From an archaeon (GTDB taxonomy: Archaea; Asgardarchaeota; Heimdallarchaeia; Heimdallarchaeales; Heimdallarchaeaceae): a stretch of DNA of 64,000 bases. Below are positions 1-9,075 of the stretch, in pieces. The stretch lies in assembly GCA_030631995.1 (NCBI GenBank), contig DAOVKB010000001.1, forward strand, positions 1,136-65,135, written 5' to 3'. Below the pieces are notes generated by a model. The model made no database searches. It had not been told where the DNA came from and was given only the letters and a program-made list of their open reading frames with translations. Every line of letters starts with the position of its first letter. Within the stretch, counting starts at the first letter, position 1. The translations under genes were made by a program, and so were the position numbers.

Positions 1-2041
1 TTCTTAATTCCACATTAGCTTGGGCATCTGTTATGGAATTTATCCAATCTCTATCCATTTCTTCATCCAAACTAGTGATTATAGTGACTTTAGCTGTAGC
101 AGGAAGTTGTTTTATAGATTCTGTTGGAATATATTCTATTTTAGGTACCATAAGTGTTACTCCTCTCTTAGTATCTTTTACAATTCTAGACACGTGATCT
201 AAAACAGCTTCTAATCCTACAATTGAAGTTGTTTGAACTGGAGGAATTTGCGTTTCACTTGATGTAGCTTCTAAGGTTCTAAAATCGTTTTTCAATTTCA
301 TTGTTGCACTTATTAGATAGTTAGCTGTATCTGTTAATTTTCTTTCTGAATCTTCAATAAACTTAACAGAAGAGTCAACTTCCTCAATCAACTTACCAGA
401 GACAAGCTCCTTACTCTCTCGTATTCCGTTCTTTGAACTATCAATTACATCTCTTGAGATATCCATCGCAGATTCTATTGTTGTTTGAAGATGATTGTTT
501 AAACCAGAAACAACCTCGGAAATGGTTGATTGAAGTAGACTTTGAGATTCATCATATTTTTCATTAAGCTTTGTTTCAGTTTCCTGAGAGAGAAAATCTA
601 ATCTTTGTGCTATTTCACTCCAATTCTCTTTCAAAGATGACGATTCAGCATCAAGATCTTGAACAAGTGTAGTATTTAGTTGAGACGATAATTCTTTGAA
701 TTTGACTAATTGAGCTCGTATACTGTTGACAATCTCTTCTGTTGAAGCGGTAATTTGTTCAATTAAATTCTCCTCAAATCCACTGAAACGTGTTATTGCG
801 TTTTCTTTGACTTCACTTATTTTTTCATTATATTCATTAATTGCAGTAGTATATTTCGCATCTAGTTTTTGAATGAATATATCTCTTTCACTAACTAAAT
901 TGTTCCTCTGACTCTGTTCTTTGTTTTCTAAGTCTGTGAATTTTAGGTTCATACTTTCTCTGATTTGAGAGACTGAGCTTGAAATTGCTTGGTTTTTCTG
1001 CTGCATTATCTCTTCTAATAAACTAACTTTAATTTGTGATACTTTCTCGTTTAAAGCAGAGAGAGATTCCTTAATTTGAAGAGAAAGATCTTCTACTTTG
1101 TTATTCAAAACCATATCAAGGGAATTGCTTAATTCAGTAAGAGAACTTGAAACAGATTCTGAAATACCTTCGATTGTTTGTTCAGTGTCCCTAGTTATTT
1201 CAGTGGAATATCCAACATACTTTTCAGTTTGACTTCTGTTGAATGCTCTTACATCCATTTTTGTTGTATCTATATTTTGTTTAATTTGTGCGATTGTTGA
1301 ATCTATGTCATTTAGGTACTGTTGATTCATTTCATCAAATTTCGGTTTTACTACTTGTGCCGTTGCTGATATTTTATCAATGGATGTTTGAGAATTTTCT
1401 GCTATCTCTGTAGTGAATGTTGTAAGATTCTCCTTGTTTTTTGCTTTAATATTGGAAACAGAAGAATCAATAGAAACTTTGGATTTGTTCAAGCTTTCAA
1501 GGCTATCCGTAAATACGCTCTGCAATGTTGTTTGAACGTTTCTTCTATGATTATCTTGATCAGAGAGTATTTTGGATGAAAAAACTCCTATTTTCTCATC
1601 AATAGCTTCTGTTTGTTGTTGGTTTAAGGTTTGAATTGAAGAAGATGTTTGCGTTAACTTCTGATCTAATTCATCCTCTTTTCTCGATACTGATTCATTT
1701 AAGCTAACTGATAGATTATCTTTCAATTGATTAAACGTTTCTTTCTTTTCTTGGAGAAAAGATGTTGTCTGACCCAGAGTGCTTTTAACATTCTCACTTA
1801 GTTGATCGCTTGTAGTTCCCAAGTAGTCCAATGGGATTTTTCCGTAGTATTTCTTTACATATCCTTCCGAAGCACCAACTGCACCTTTATTCAATAGAGA
1901 ATCTAATGCAACCTTAACCTTTGAAAAATGTAACTTGCTAAACTGTGTTATTTCAAAAGTAGTCAATTGCCCTCCACCTAAAAGAAGTTGGTAAACTTGT
2001 TTTTCTTCAGGATTTAGTTGTAATCTTTCAATAAAAGACAT
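1..2041 (-). CDS. Partial (C-terminus lies off the window) very long coiled-coil protein with an N-terminal TrmB-like winged HTH; paralog of 42016..44325
   Basis: Open frame runs on the minus strand from the ATG at 2041 (MSFIERLQLNPEEKQVYQLLLGGGQLTTFEITQFS...) to the window edge. N-terminal wHTH-like segment, then >600 aa of heptad-like, Q/S/N/E/K-rich sequence with no breaks. Not in the ORF track because it has no stop inside the window. Confidence 0.5.
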   Translation of the reverse strand, partial: MSFIERLQLNPEEKQVYQLLLGGGQLTTFEITQFSKLHFSKVKVALDSLLNKGAVGASEGYVKKYYGKIPLDYLGTTSDQLSENVKSTLGQTTSFLQEKKETFNQLKDNLSVSLNESVSRKEDELDQKLTQTSSSIQTLNQQQTEAIDEKIGVFSSKILSDQDNHRRNVQTTLQSVFTDSLESLNKSKVSIDSSVSNIKAKNKENLTTFTTEIAENSQTSIDKISATAQVVKPKFDEMNQQYLNDIDSTIAQIKQNIDTTKMDVRAFNRSQTEKYVGYSTEITRDTEQTIEGISESVSSSLTELSNSLDMVLNNKVEDLSLQIKESLSALNEKVSQIKVSLLEEIMQQKNQAISSSVSQIRESMNLKFTDLENKEQSQRNNLVSERDIFIQKLDAKYTTAINEYNEKISEVKENAITRFSGFEENLIEQITASTEEIVNSIRAQLVKFKELSSQLNTTLVQDLDAESSSLKENWSEIAQRLDFLSQETETKLNEKYDESQSLLQSTISEVVSGLNNHLQTTIESAMDISRDVIDSSKNGIRESKELVSGKLIEEVDSSVKFIEDSERKLTDTANYLISATMKLKNDFRTLEATSSETQIPPVQTTSIVGLEAVLDHVSRIVKDTKRGVTLMVPKIEYIPTESIKQLPATAKVTIITSLDEEMDRDWINSITDAQANVELR

Positions 2042-2159
2042 TTTTTCACCTATTTATTAATTCAAAATTCTAGGAGGATTTCAAATTATTAACCTTTTGT
2101 AAATAACAGCTCTTTAGCATCTTTAAGAATCTTTTTAACAAACGACAATTAAATCCCAG

Positions 2160-2762
2160 TTGTGGTTATTGATGGTAGACTATGAAATCGTTTCATGGGA
2201 TCAGAGTTACCAGATGACGTTTTACTTATTTGAAAAAATCACTGATGATGAGTTTTTTCCAGATGTAATTGTTGGAATTGCTCGAGGAGGATGGATACCA
2301 GCCAGATTGTTAGCTGATTTTTACGGAAATAAGAGAACAGCGAACATTAAAATCGAATTCTATGATAATACTTCTAGAGTTTCTGATGACCCAATAATCA
2401 CTCAAGAAATTTCAGAGGATGTTGAGAATAAAGTAGTACTTGTAGTAGATGATGTAGCAGATTCAGGAAAAAGTCTAATTGCAGCAGTGGAACATGTAAA
2501 GAACAAGAATCCTAAAGAGATTAGAACAGCAACTTTGTATTATAAAAAACATAGTATTCTCAAACCTGATTACTATATCAGAGAAACTCAATCCTGGGTA
2601 GTTTACCCTTGGGAATATGGTGAATTTGTTGCATATTTGTATAATCAAATGCGAGAGACTATGAATGTGAAAGAAATAAGTAAAAGATTAAAAGATATAG
2701 GAATCCCCCCATCTCTCGTAGAAGCTTATTTTTCTCTAATATTAAAACATGAAAATTATTAA
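2160..2762 (+). CDS. Type I phosphoribosyltransferase (purine PRTase-like)
   Basis: PRPP-binding motif VVLVVDDVADSGKSL; ~200 aa size typical of archaeal purine PRTases. Confidence 0.6.
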   Translation: MWLLMVDYEIVSWDQSYQMTFYLFEKITDDEFFPDVIVGIARGGWIPARLLADFYGNKRTANIKIEFYDNTSRVSDDPIITQEISEDVENKVVLVVDDVADSGKSLIAAVEHVKNKNPKEIRTATLYYKKHSILKPDYYIRETQSWVVYPWEYGEFVAYLYNQMRETMNVKEISKRLKDIGIPPSLVEAYFSLILKHENY

Positions 2763-3096
2763 GAGGAGATTTTCATTGAACAAAGAAAAACCAGAAACTG
2801 ACGCTGAATTGCCTGATGATGTTATAGATAGAGTGAATATAGGTGTCGTTGCAGTTTCCTTAAGTTTATACGAAGAAGGTATGAGTTTAGATGAGCTTAT
2901 TGAAGTAACTGGAATCAGAGAAGCAGATGTCAGAAAAAGCCTTGATTATTTAATGATTAACCGCATGGTTAGAAAGAAATTAAATCAGGAATCATATCAT
3001 GTTTCCAACTTTAAAAAAATGCTTCAATTTCTTTTATCGTCTGGAATGATTTTTCCTCTCGGAGAACAGATTACAAAATCAAAAGACGAGAAATAA
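2749..3096 (+). CDS. Small hypothetical protein, possibly wHTH-like
   Basis: 115-aa ORF overlapping the end of the upstream PRTase by 14 nt (same-strand coupling). No recognisable catalytic motif. Confidence 0.3.
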   Translation: MKIIKRRFSLNKEKPETDAELPDDVIDRVNIGVVAVSLSLYEEGMSLDELIEVTGIREADVRKSLDYLMINRMVRKKLNQESYHVSNFKKMLQFLLSSGMIFPLGEQITKSKDEK

Positions 3097-3100
3097 TATC

Positions 3101-4627
3101 CTATTTTTCCATATATTTCTCTAAAGAAGCCTGAGAACTCTTTTTATTTTTATTCTTACTTTCCGGAATTTTATCTTTCTTTACTTTAGTTTCTTTTTTT
3201 TCCGAAGTAGTAGTTTCTTCTTGTTTCTTTTCTTTCGCAACAGTTTTCTTATCCTTAACTTGTGCTTTTGGTTTCTTAGTTTTACTCTTTTTAATGAAAT
3301 CAAACACAGTCATTTCTGTTTCCTTAGCTTTTGTCATCCATTGTTCAGCCATCTGAACATATTCTACCTCTTTATGTTTCATTATTTCCTTTATTAGCTT
3401 GTTTGAATCATTTGTAAGAAAACTTATGTTCTCTTCATCAAATTGAAGAAAGGCTGCTATCCCTCCAGCCATCTTAGGATCTGAATTGAAAATAATTCTC
3501 AGATATGGATAAATCTCCTTAACAAAAATCCTCTGAGAGCAATGTAAGTACCTAATACTTTTTTTTGCTATGGCATTGATCTTAGCATTCTTACCTCTAA
3601 GTCTCCCCATAAGTGCCCAATATCCAGGGAAGCCAAATTTTGTATATTTGAAAGGAGAGCTTTTGACTAGACCTACGGAGGATATAAATGTAAAGAAATA
3701 TTTGAGAAATTTCCAATCTTGTTTTTTATAACAATGAGATAAATACATATCAGCTTCAGCGATTAACTCGTACATATTGAATAATTCTGTGTTTGTGCTT
3801 GCTTGTTTGTAAGCATGCTCGAAAACATACATCAGTAGTTCTCTATAATCAACATCAAGACCATCTATAGCTCTCTTTGCAGATTGATAATCGTTTGCCT
3901 GGAAAATATTAATTAGAGCTGTATCTAAGCTCTTTTCTTGGTTTCGAGGAGAAAATGTTACTTCTTTGATACCCACAACAGATACACCCTCCAAATCATT
4001 AATAGCAGAACGAGCATCTCCCCCGCTATTCTCTGTTATTGCTAAGAGGATATCCTCACTAACACTCAAATTTTCTTTCTCTTTTATTAGTTTGAGAAGA
4101 GTGAGAATTTCTTCATCTTTCAGACTTTTGAACTCAATTACAAGCATATTTCGTTTTGCAGCTTTTAATGCTGACGCTGAAGGATCGTTTGCCGTACAAA
4201 TAATTGGAGTTCTTGTCGCTTTTACAGCTCTTCCAAGTGCTTGACCTCCTCCCCTATCTGCATTTCCAAATAACCCATCAGCCTCATCTACAAGAATTAG
4301 TTTACGAACTCTTGCACCCTGTAGGACAGTTCCTTCAGTAGATGATTTGCCTACAAGCATCTCTACTGCTTTTTTATTTCTCTTATCGCTCGCATTTACT
4401 TCTACAAACTCATAGTTGTATTTCTTGATTAGGTAGTAAACCACGCTTGTTTTACCTACACCTGCAGGACCAGCTAGCAATACAGCTTTCTTTCTTTGCT
4501 GATTCCATGTCTTTAACCAGTTTTCTAGTTTCCTTACTTCTTCCCTATTACCAACAAAATCCTTGAAAGTTTCAGGACGGTACTTCTCTACCCATGGAAT
4601 AGTTTGGGTTTTACTCTGCATTGCCAT
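3101..4627 (-). CDS. rfcL: Replication factor C large subunit (RfcL), AAA+ clamp loader, with a Lys-rich C-terminal tail ending in a PIP-like motif
   Basis: WVEKYRP...LLAGPAGVGKTS Walker A, LILVDEADG Walker B, SRC-like arginine region. The ORF-track N-terminus (start 4768) is an artefactual read-through; the native start is probably MAMQSK at 4627. The C-terminus has a K/E-rich tail and QASLEKYM, which partially fits Qxx[LIM]xx[FY][FY]. Confidence 0.85.
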   Translation of the reverse strand: MAMQSKTQTIPWVEKYRPETFKDFVGNREEVRKLENWLKTWNQQRKKAVLLAGPAGVGKTSVVYYLIKKYNYEFVEVNASDKRNKKAVEMLVGKSSTEGTVLQGARVRKLILVDEADGLFGNADRGGGQALGRAVKATRTPIICTANDPSASALKAAKRNMLVIEFKSLKDEEILTLLKLIKEKENLSVSEDILLAITENSGGDARSAINDLEGVSVVGIKEVTFSPRNQEKSLDTALINIFQANDYQSAKRAIDGLDVDYRELLMYVFEHAYKQASTNTELFNMYELIAEADMYLSHCYKKQDWKFLKYFFTFISSVGLVKSSPFKYTKFGFPGYWALMGRLRGKNAKINAIAKKSIRYLHCSQRIFVKEIYPYLRIIFNSDPKMAGGIAAFLQFDEENISFLTNDSNKLIKEIMKHKEVEYVQMAEQWMTKAKETEMTVFDFIKKSKTKKPKAQVKDKKTVAKEKKQEETTTSEKKETKVKKDKIPESKNKNKKSSQASLEKYMEK

Positions 4628-4688
4628 TACGTTCAAATACAATTTTTCTATTTCAATATAAAAAATGTGTGTCTGGAGAAATTTATGG

Positions 4689-5297
4689 TTACTCTTCTTC
4701 CTGATCTTTCGATTTTTTTTCTTTTCTGAAGAGCATTTTACCCAAAATTCCCCCCGTAATTCCTCCAACTAATCCTATTATTGGTATGAAGATAAATGAA
4801 CCCAGAACTAATGTTGCTAGAAATGTAACGATGAAAAGTGTGAAACCACTTAAACCTAAAAAGGATAAACCCATTGATGCTGTCATTGTTGCGAATATAA
4901 AATCAAGAAATAAGAAGGATAATATAGAAGACCATGCACCTGATCTAAGTCCTCCTCGAGAGGCTAATCCTCCAGCAAAAGAACCAACTAACCAGATGAA
5001 TATTATAAGGATATACATTCTTGGATTTCCAAATTGATTATCAATACTATACGAAGACAAAATATCTGGTAAAGGAATACCAATTTTCAAGAACATGTTT
5101 ACTACTAGCAGCATGAGTAAAATTACCCAAAAATGACCTCCTGTTCCATGGTCTGCCTTCATATTATCATTTAATGCGATTAATTCTACCATATCTATAG
5201 TTGGCCAAATAATATAAAGTAACAGAACAACAACAGCAGTACATGTAATAAAACCAATAATTGATTTGAAGAATCTCTTAAGGAACATGTAAATCAA
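4689..5297 (-). CDS. Integral membrane protein (multiple TM helices), unknown function
   Basis: Hydrophobic segments throughout. Ends with a KEKKSKDQEEE charged tail. Confidence 0.4.
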   Translation of the reverse strand: MIYMFLKRFFKSIIGFITCTAVVVLLLYIIWPTIDMVELIALNDNMKADHGTGGHFWVILLMLLVVNMFLKIGIPLPDILSSYSIDNQFGNPRMYILIIFIWLVGSFAGGLASRGGLRSGAWSSILSFLFLDFIFATMTASMGLSFLGLSGFTLFIVTFLATLVLGSFIFIPIIGLVGGITGGILGKMLFRKEKKSKDQEEE

Positions 5298-5363
5298 GTA
5301 ATTTTGTCAATGAAACTATTTAGATTTTTGCATTCACATTTTAGTCTTTAATGATCTAATTAA

Positions 5364-6122
5364 TTAGAAAATAATAGATAGACAGGTTAATGATGCCTGA
5401 CATTTCTCGAATTCACTCATATTAAGAGTAATGACTTCGTATCCTGCAGATTTCACCATTTCATGCGTATTGGAGAATCTATTGGACATAACTACTGCAT
5501 CTCCAATCGCTAAACAATTAACAGAATAACTTTCTTCTTTTGGCACAATTAGCAAGCTCAAATTCTTAAGGAGAGGATGATTTCTATATTCCTCTGTTGT
5601 AATCATTGTTTCTTTACCAAGATATTTCATGTAGCTTTTCAAATGAACTATATCAGGATTCGTAATTGTATCAACTTTAACATCCAACCACTCCATCATC
5701 TGATTAACACCATGATTGTTTGTCCGTTGAGTAATTCCGCATATTAATCTGTCAGGTAAATGAATTATATCGCCTCCTTCAATTGTAGCAGGAACAACGG
5801 CTCTTTTTACAGCAAGATGTTGTTTTAATACATCCTCTACATCAACATCTTCCCCTCTTCTACTTTCTTCCCCCATTCGGGTGATCAATGCTCTACTCTG
5901 ATGGACAACAGCATTGTCTTCGACAAAACATGAATCTGGAAAATCATTTTTTATTGGAAGCTCTATTATTTCCAGTCCTAATTCCGATAATGTTTTACAA
6001 TATTTATTGTGTTGTTCTCTGGCTTTATGTATATCTACAGTGTGGTGTAAAGGGTGAGAAGATACGCATTCTTTGTAAGTGTCACTAGGTTTTCTTACTA
6101 AAGCTCTGGTTGGATGTTTCAT
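5364..6122 (-). CDS. Amidinotransferase-superfamily hydrolase (DDAH / arginine deiminase-like)
   Basis: ~250 aa. A cysteine very near the C-terminus (TCLSIIF) is typical of DDAH-type catalytic Cys. Overall pattern resembles dimethylarginine dimethylaminohydrolase. Confidence 0.45.
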   Translation of the reverse strand: MKHPTRALVRKPSDTYKECVSSHPLHHTVDIHKAREQHNKYCKTLSELGLEIIELPIKNDFPDSCFVEDNAVVHQSRALITRMGEESRRGEDVDVEDVLKQHLAVKRAVVPATIEGGDIIHLPDRLICGITQRTNNHGVNQMMEWLDVKVDTITNPDIVHLKSYMKYLGKETMITTEEYRNHPLLKNLSLLIVPKEESYSVNCLAIGDAVVMSNRFSNTHEMVKSAGYEVITLNMSEFEKCQASLTCLSIIF

Positions 6123-7008
6123 TACTATTCATGTAATTCTAAGGGATTGGTTTATATATTTCTCTTTATCAACAAAAAGCATGGTGCTTATTGGTCAGAC
6201 AGTACAAGCGTATGAGGGGCTGGGATGTGAGCATTTAGTTCGATTTGCTAATCTTTTAGGTATAGAATCATGTGAAATTAATCCAAAAGGAACTAGTTTC
6301 AAGAACATTGATAAAATAATAAAAGCACTAGGGAAGATGAAAACAACTTATCATTTACCTGTAGCAGGTATTGAAGGATATGATTTTGCTTATCCTGACA
6401 AAGAGAAAGAGATAGGAGATATAATAAAATTAATCAACAAACATTCTGATGACCTTCATCTCATTCTGGGGGTTTTTCATCCGGTTGAGGAAAGGGGTAA
6501 TTTTGAAACCTTAGTTGAGAATCTAAAACAAGTGAACATAAAACTAGTTGTTGAGAACATTCAGAATTATTCTGATGAAGAGTTTGAAAATCTTTATGTG
6601 CAATTTAAGGATGAACTTGGGGATCAACTAAAAGGATGGCTGTTTGATGTTGCCCACTCTTTTTTGAGGAATGGGCCAGAGGATTATATGAACCTACTTG
6701 ATAAAATGCCTTTTGATGAGCTTGAAGAAATACATTTATCTGATTGTACAAAAAATGAAGATTCACATTATTCCTTTGGAGCTGGTATTATGCCAATCGA
6801 AAATATCCTGCAAGAAATTAAACGAAGAAAGTTCAATAAAATAATAGTGAATGAGATTGATGCGTATCCCAGTGTATGGAGTACGATTGATTCGTATAGA
6901 AAAGTAGCTAAATATTTCAAGAAACCACTTTATGTGAAGGTTTCAACTAGAAAACTACTCATTAAACCTGTGATACAAAGACGACTAAAGAAAGCTAACA
7001 TTGTTTAA
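6079..7008 (+). CDS. Hypothetical protein; start probably downstream (around MVLIGQ, ~6181)
   Basis: 309-aa ORF. Its first ~45 nt overlap the divergent 5364..6122 gene, so the annotated start is likely too far upstream. No confident family assignment. Confidence 0.3.
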   Translation: MSLGFLTKALVGCFITIHVILRDWFIYFSLSTKSMVLIGQTVQAYEGLGCEHLVRFANLLGIESCEINPKGTSFKNIDKIIKALGKMKTTYHLPVAGIEGYDFAYPDKEKEIGDIIKLINKHSDDLHLILGVFHPVEERGNFETLVENLKQVNIKLVVENIQNYSDEEFENLYVQFKDELGDQLKGWLFDVAHSFLRNGPEDYMNLLDKMPFDELEEIHLSDCTKNEDSHYSFGAGIMPIENILQEIKRRKFNKIIVNEIDAYPSVWSTIDSYRKVAKYFKKPLYVKVSTRKLLIKPVIQRRLKKANIV

Positions 7009-7037
7009 ATTGAGAATGAAATAATAATTTCAAAATT

Positions 7038-7319
7038 CTAATCTGTTTCAATTTGATTAATGAGTTGAATTGAAAGATTGATCCATTTTAGATATGAATT
7101 TATTGCTGCCCTTGCTGAAATTGAATCCATTGCATCAATTTTTAATATTAAAACGTTCTCGTGAACTTCTAAACTAGTTATTACTCGGTCATTAGGATTA
7201 TATTTAGATTCTAAATTCAAAGTTTCATATAGTAAATTGCTCATTTTTTCATTTTCCATCTTGAATTCAAAATCAATCTCAAGTCTCTTTATTTTAGAAC
7301 TCTTCATCTTTTTTCGCAC
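7038..7319 (-). CDS. pcc1: KEOPS subunit Pcc1
   Basis: 93 aa. The C-terminal motif DAMDSISARAAINSYLKWINLSI matches the Pcc1 signature (A-D-x-S-x-x-RA-x-x-NSYLRWI). Sits in the usual L37ae/Brix neighbourhood. Confidence 0.7.
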   Translation of the reverse strand: MRKKMKSSKIKRLEIDFEFKMENEKMSNLLYETLNLESKYNPNDRVITSLEVHENVLILKIDAMDSISARAAINSYLKWINLSIQLINQIETD

Positions 7320-7329
7320 TTTTTTACAA

Positions 7330-7902
7330 TTAAATCAATAAATCTTCAGGTTCTCTTGGTATTACTCTTATTTTCAATCTTGGGCCAACTTGTTTATTGA
7401 GACTATTGAGAAATTCAATAAAAATAATCTTTTGTTCTTCGTCAATATAATCTGCGTACACTGTTACATACTCTTTTCCTTTGATTTTCTCAATATTCTC
7501 CTGAGTAATCCCTAACAATCTTCTAATTATATTCTCCTCTTCAGGATTCTTCAAAGAAGAGATTAGCACTGCAAAAGCTGGTTTCCTATTTCTCTGTTTT
7601 TGTTGATATTCTCTTGATAAAGTAATTCCCCTGATTTTAACAGCATAAGGAATTTCTTGTGGTTCTGTCTTCAAATCAAATATTCTCACGAAATTTGGAT
7701 TCCCTTTAACAGAATGAATGATAACAGCTGTTTCAAATCCTCTATTCTTCATCCCAGTGATACACATAAGAAGCTTAGAAGATCCTCTCACAACCCTCTG
7801 AGATTGAGGAACAACGCCTATAATATCATGTACGAATGAACGAGTCTTGTTTGCTGGTGAACGTGAAGTAGTAAATCCAATTCTACTCATATAATCAAAC
7901 AA
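7330..7902 (-). CDS. Brix-domain (Imp4/Brix-like) ribosome biogenesis protein
   Basis: 190 aa. Position directly downstream of L37ae in the conserved archaeal exosome superoperon; sequence is compatible with a Brix fold. Confidence 0.6.
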   Translation of the reverse strand: MFDYMSRIGFTTSRSPANKTRSFVHDIIGVVPQSQRVVRGSSKLLMCITGMKNRGFETAVIIHSVKGNPNFVRIFDLKTEPQEIPYAVKIRGITLSREYQQKQRNRKPAFAVLISSLKNPEEENIIRRLLGITQENIEKIKGKEYVTVYADYIDEEQKIIFIEFLNSLNKQVGPRLKIRVIPREPEDLLI

Positions 7903-7966
7903 AAATTAACCACAATTAAATGTAGGGATTGTAAACTATTTTAAAAATAATAAAAGAAAAGGAGTG

Positions 7967-8257
7967 TTATTCTTCATCCTTTAATCCTTCAGCTATACGT
8001 GTAACTCTACGTGTAATACTTCTTCCAGCACTAGTATTAGGTTCCCAAGCTCCCCCAGTAAGTTTTTCTCCACATTTTGAGCACTCCCAAATACCAAGAC
8101 CAGATCGTTTCAAGGTTCGCATGTAACAAATTGGGCATTTGTAAATTGCTTTACTTTTTTCCTCTATTTCTCTGACTCTTTTTCTTATTGTACTACCATA
8201 ACGAGCACCAAATCGACCGGTGGAACCTACTTTCTTTGTTTTGCCCATTATTCTCAC
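7967..8257 (-). CDS. rpl37ae: Ribosomal protein L37Ae (eL43)
   Basis: C4 zinc ribbon CPICYMRTLKRSGLGIWECSKCGEKLTGGAWEP; basic N-terminus; follows Rrp42. Confidence 0.85.
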   Translation of the reverse strand: MRIMGKTKKVGSTGRFGARYGSTIRKRVREIEEKSKAIYKCPICYMRTLKRSGLGIWECSKCGEKLTGGAWEPNTSAGRSITRRVTRIAEGLKDEE

Positions 8258-8265
8258 CTTTTTTC

Positions 8266-9075
8266 TTACGAAAGCGCTTTCATCAGCTCTTTCCTTAAAG
8301 TTTTCGATACATTCAAAGATTCTTTAATGACAGATAAGAGTTCATCAGTTTTATAGACTCCTGTTGCACCTTTTTGTATAGATACAATTCGGTCTTCTTC
8401 ATCAAATCCTACAGTTACTCTTGCTTCACTAACTCTTTCTTCTTTGAAATTGGCATCAATTATATTATTCTCTCCAATTTTGTATGAGGTTACGGAAATA
8501 GGATAATGATCAATTTTCAAGGGTTCTACTTCTTCTAGGATTTCCACTTCATCATTTTCAAGTATTTTTACTTTGGGAATCTTTGTAGTTGCAAGAGCAG
8601 CTACAGCACCAATTACTGCAGCATCGAATAAATTGCCATCATGATTAAGAATGTAGAAATCTATGAATAGAATCCACACGGATTTTTTTGGTATAACACA
8701 TAATTTAGATAAATCCACACAATGAGATTCTCTAATAGCTCTATCTGTTACACGTGCTAGTTCAATTGCAGCACTACTTGGAGGTCCACTCTCAAAATAG
8801 GGAGAAGCTATTGGTGATAATTCTGCGGTTGTGGTGATAACTCCAGTATCTGGAGTATCAGGGAATGGAGAACCTAATAGTGCCTTTATACCTACAATTA
8901 ATTTAGATCCTCCTAAGTTAACAATTGCAGAACCTTCTGCCTTTTGAACAAGGTTAATTTCAAGTTCAACACTTCGTGCTTGATTGAATTCTCTACCATC
9001 TATTCTTTTCTTTTGTTCCAGTAAGGATTTAATGTAATCTTTTTCAATTTCACTTATAACAAAATCGTCGCCCAT
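8266..9075 (-). CDS. rrp42: Exosome subunit Rrp42 (inactive RNase PH-like)
   Basis: RNase PH fold; translationally abutting rrp41 (ends 9076/9075); conserved operon order rrp4-rrp41-rrp42. Confidence 0.8.
   Translation of the reverse strand: MGDDFVISEIEKDYIKSLLEQKKRIDGREFNQARSVELEINLVQKAEGSAIVNLGGSKLIVGIKALLGSPFPDTPDTGVITTTAELSPIASPYFESGPPSSAAIELARVTDRAIRESHCVDLSKLCVIPKKSVWILFIDFYILNHDGNLFDAAVIGAVAALATTKIPKVKILENDEVEILEEVEPLKIDHYPISVTSYKIGENNIIDANFKEERVSEARVTVGFDEEDRIVSIQKGATGVYKTDELLSVIKESLNVSKTLRKELMKALS

Noticed and set aside
3966-4244. 92-aa ORF inside rfcL on the opposite strand
   Set aside because: Embedded antisense to conserved AAA+ sequence; no start context or motifs.
4628-4768. 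ORF-track N-terminal extension of RfcL (MEELRGEFWVKCSSEKKKNRK...)
   Set aside because: Overlaps the membrane-protein gene 4689..5297 on the same strand and precedes the conserved RFC N-terminus. A read-through upstream of the true ATG at 4627.
6079-6180. Annotated start of ORF 6079..7008 overlapping the divergent gene 5364..6122 by 44 nt
   Set aside because: Head-to-head coding overlap is implausible; the true start is probably the Met of MVLIGQ downstream. Kept the track coordinates but flagged.
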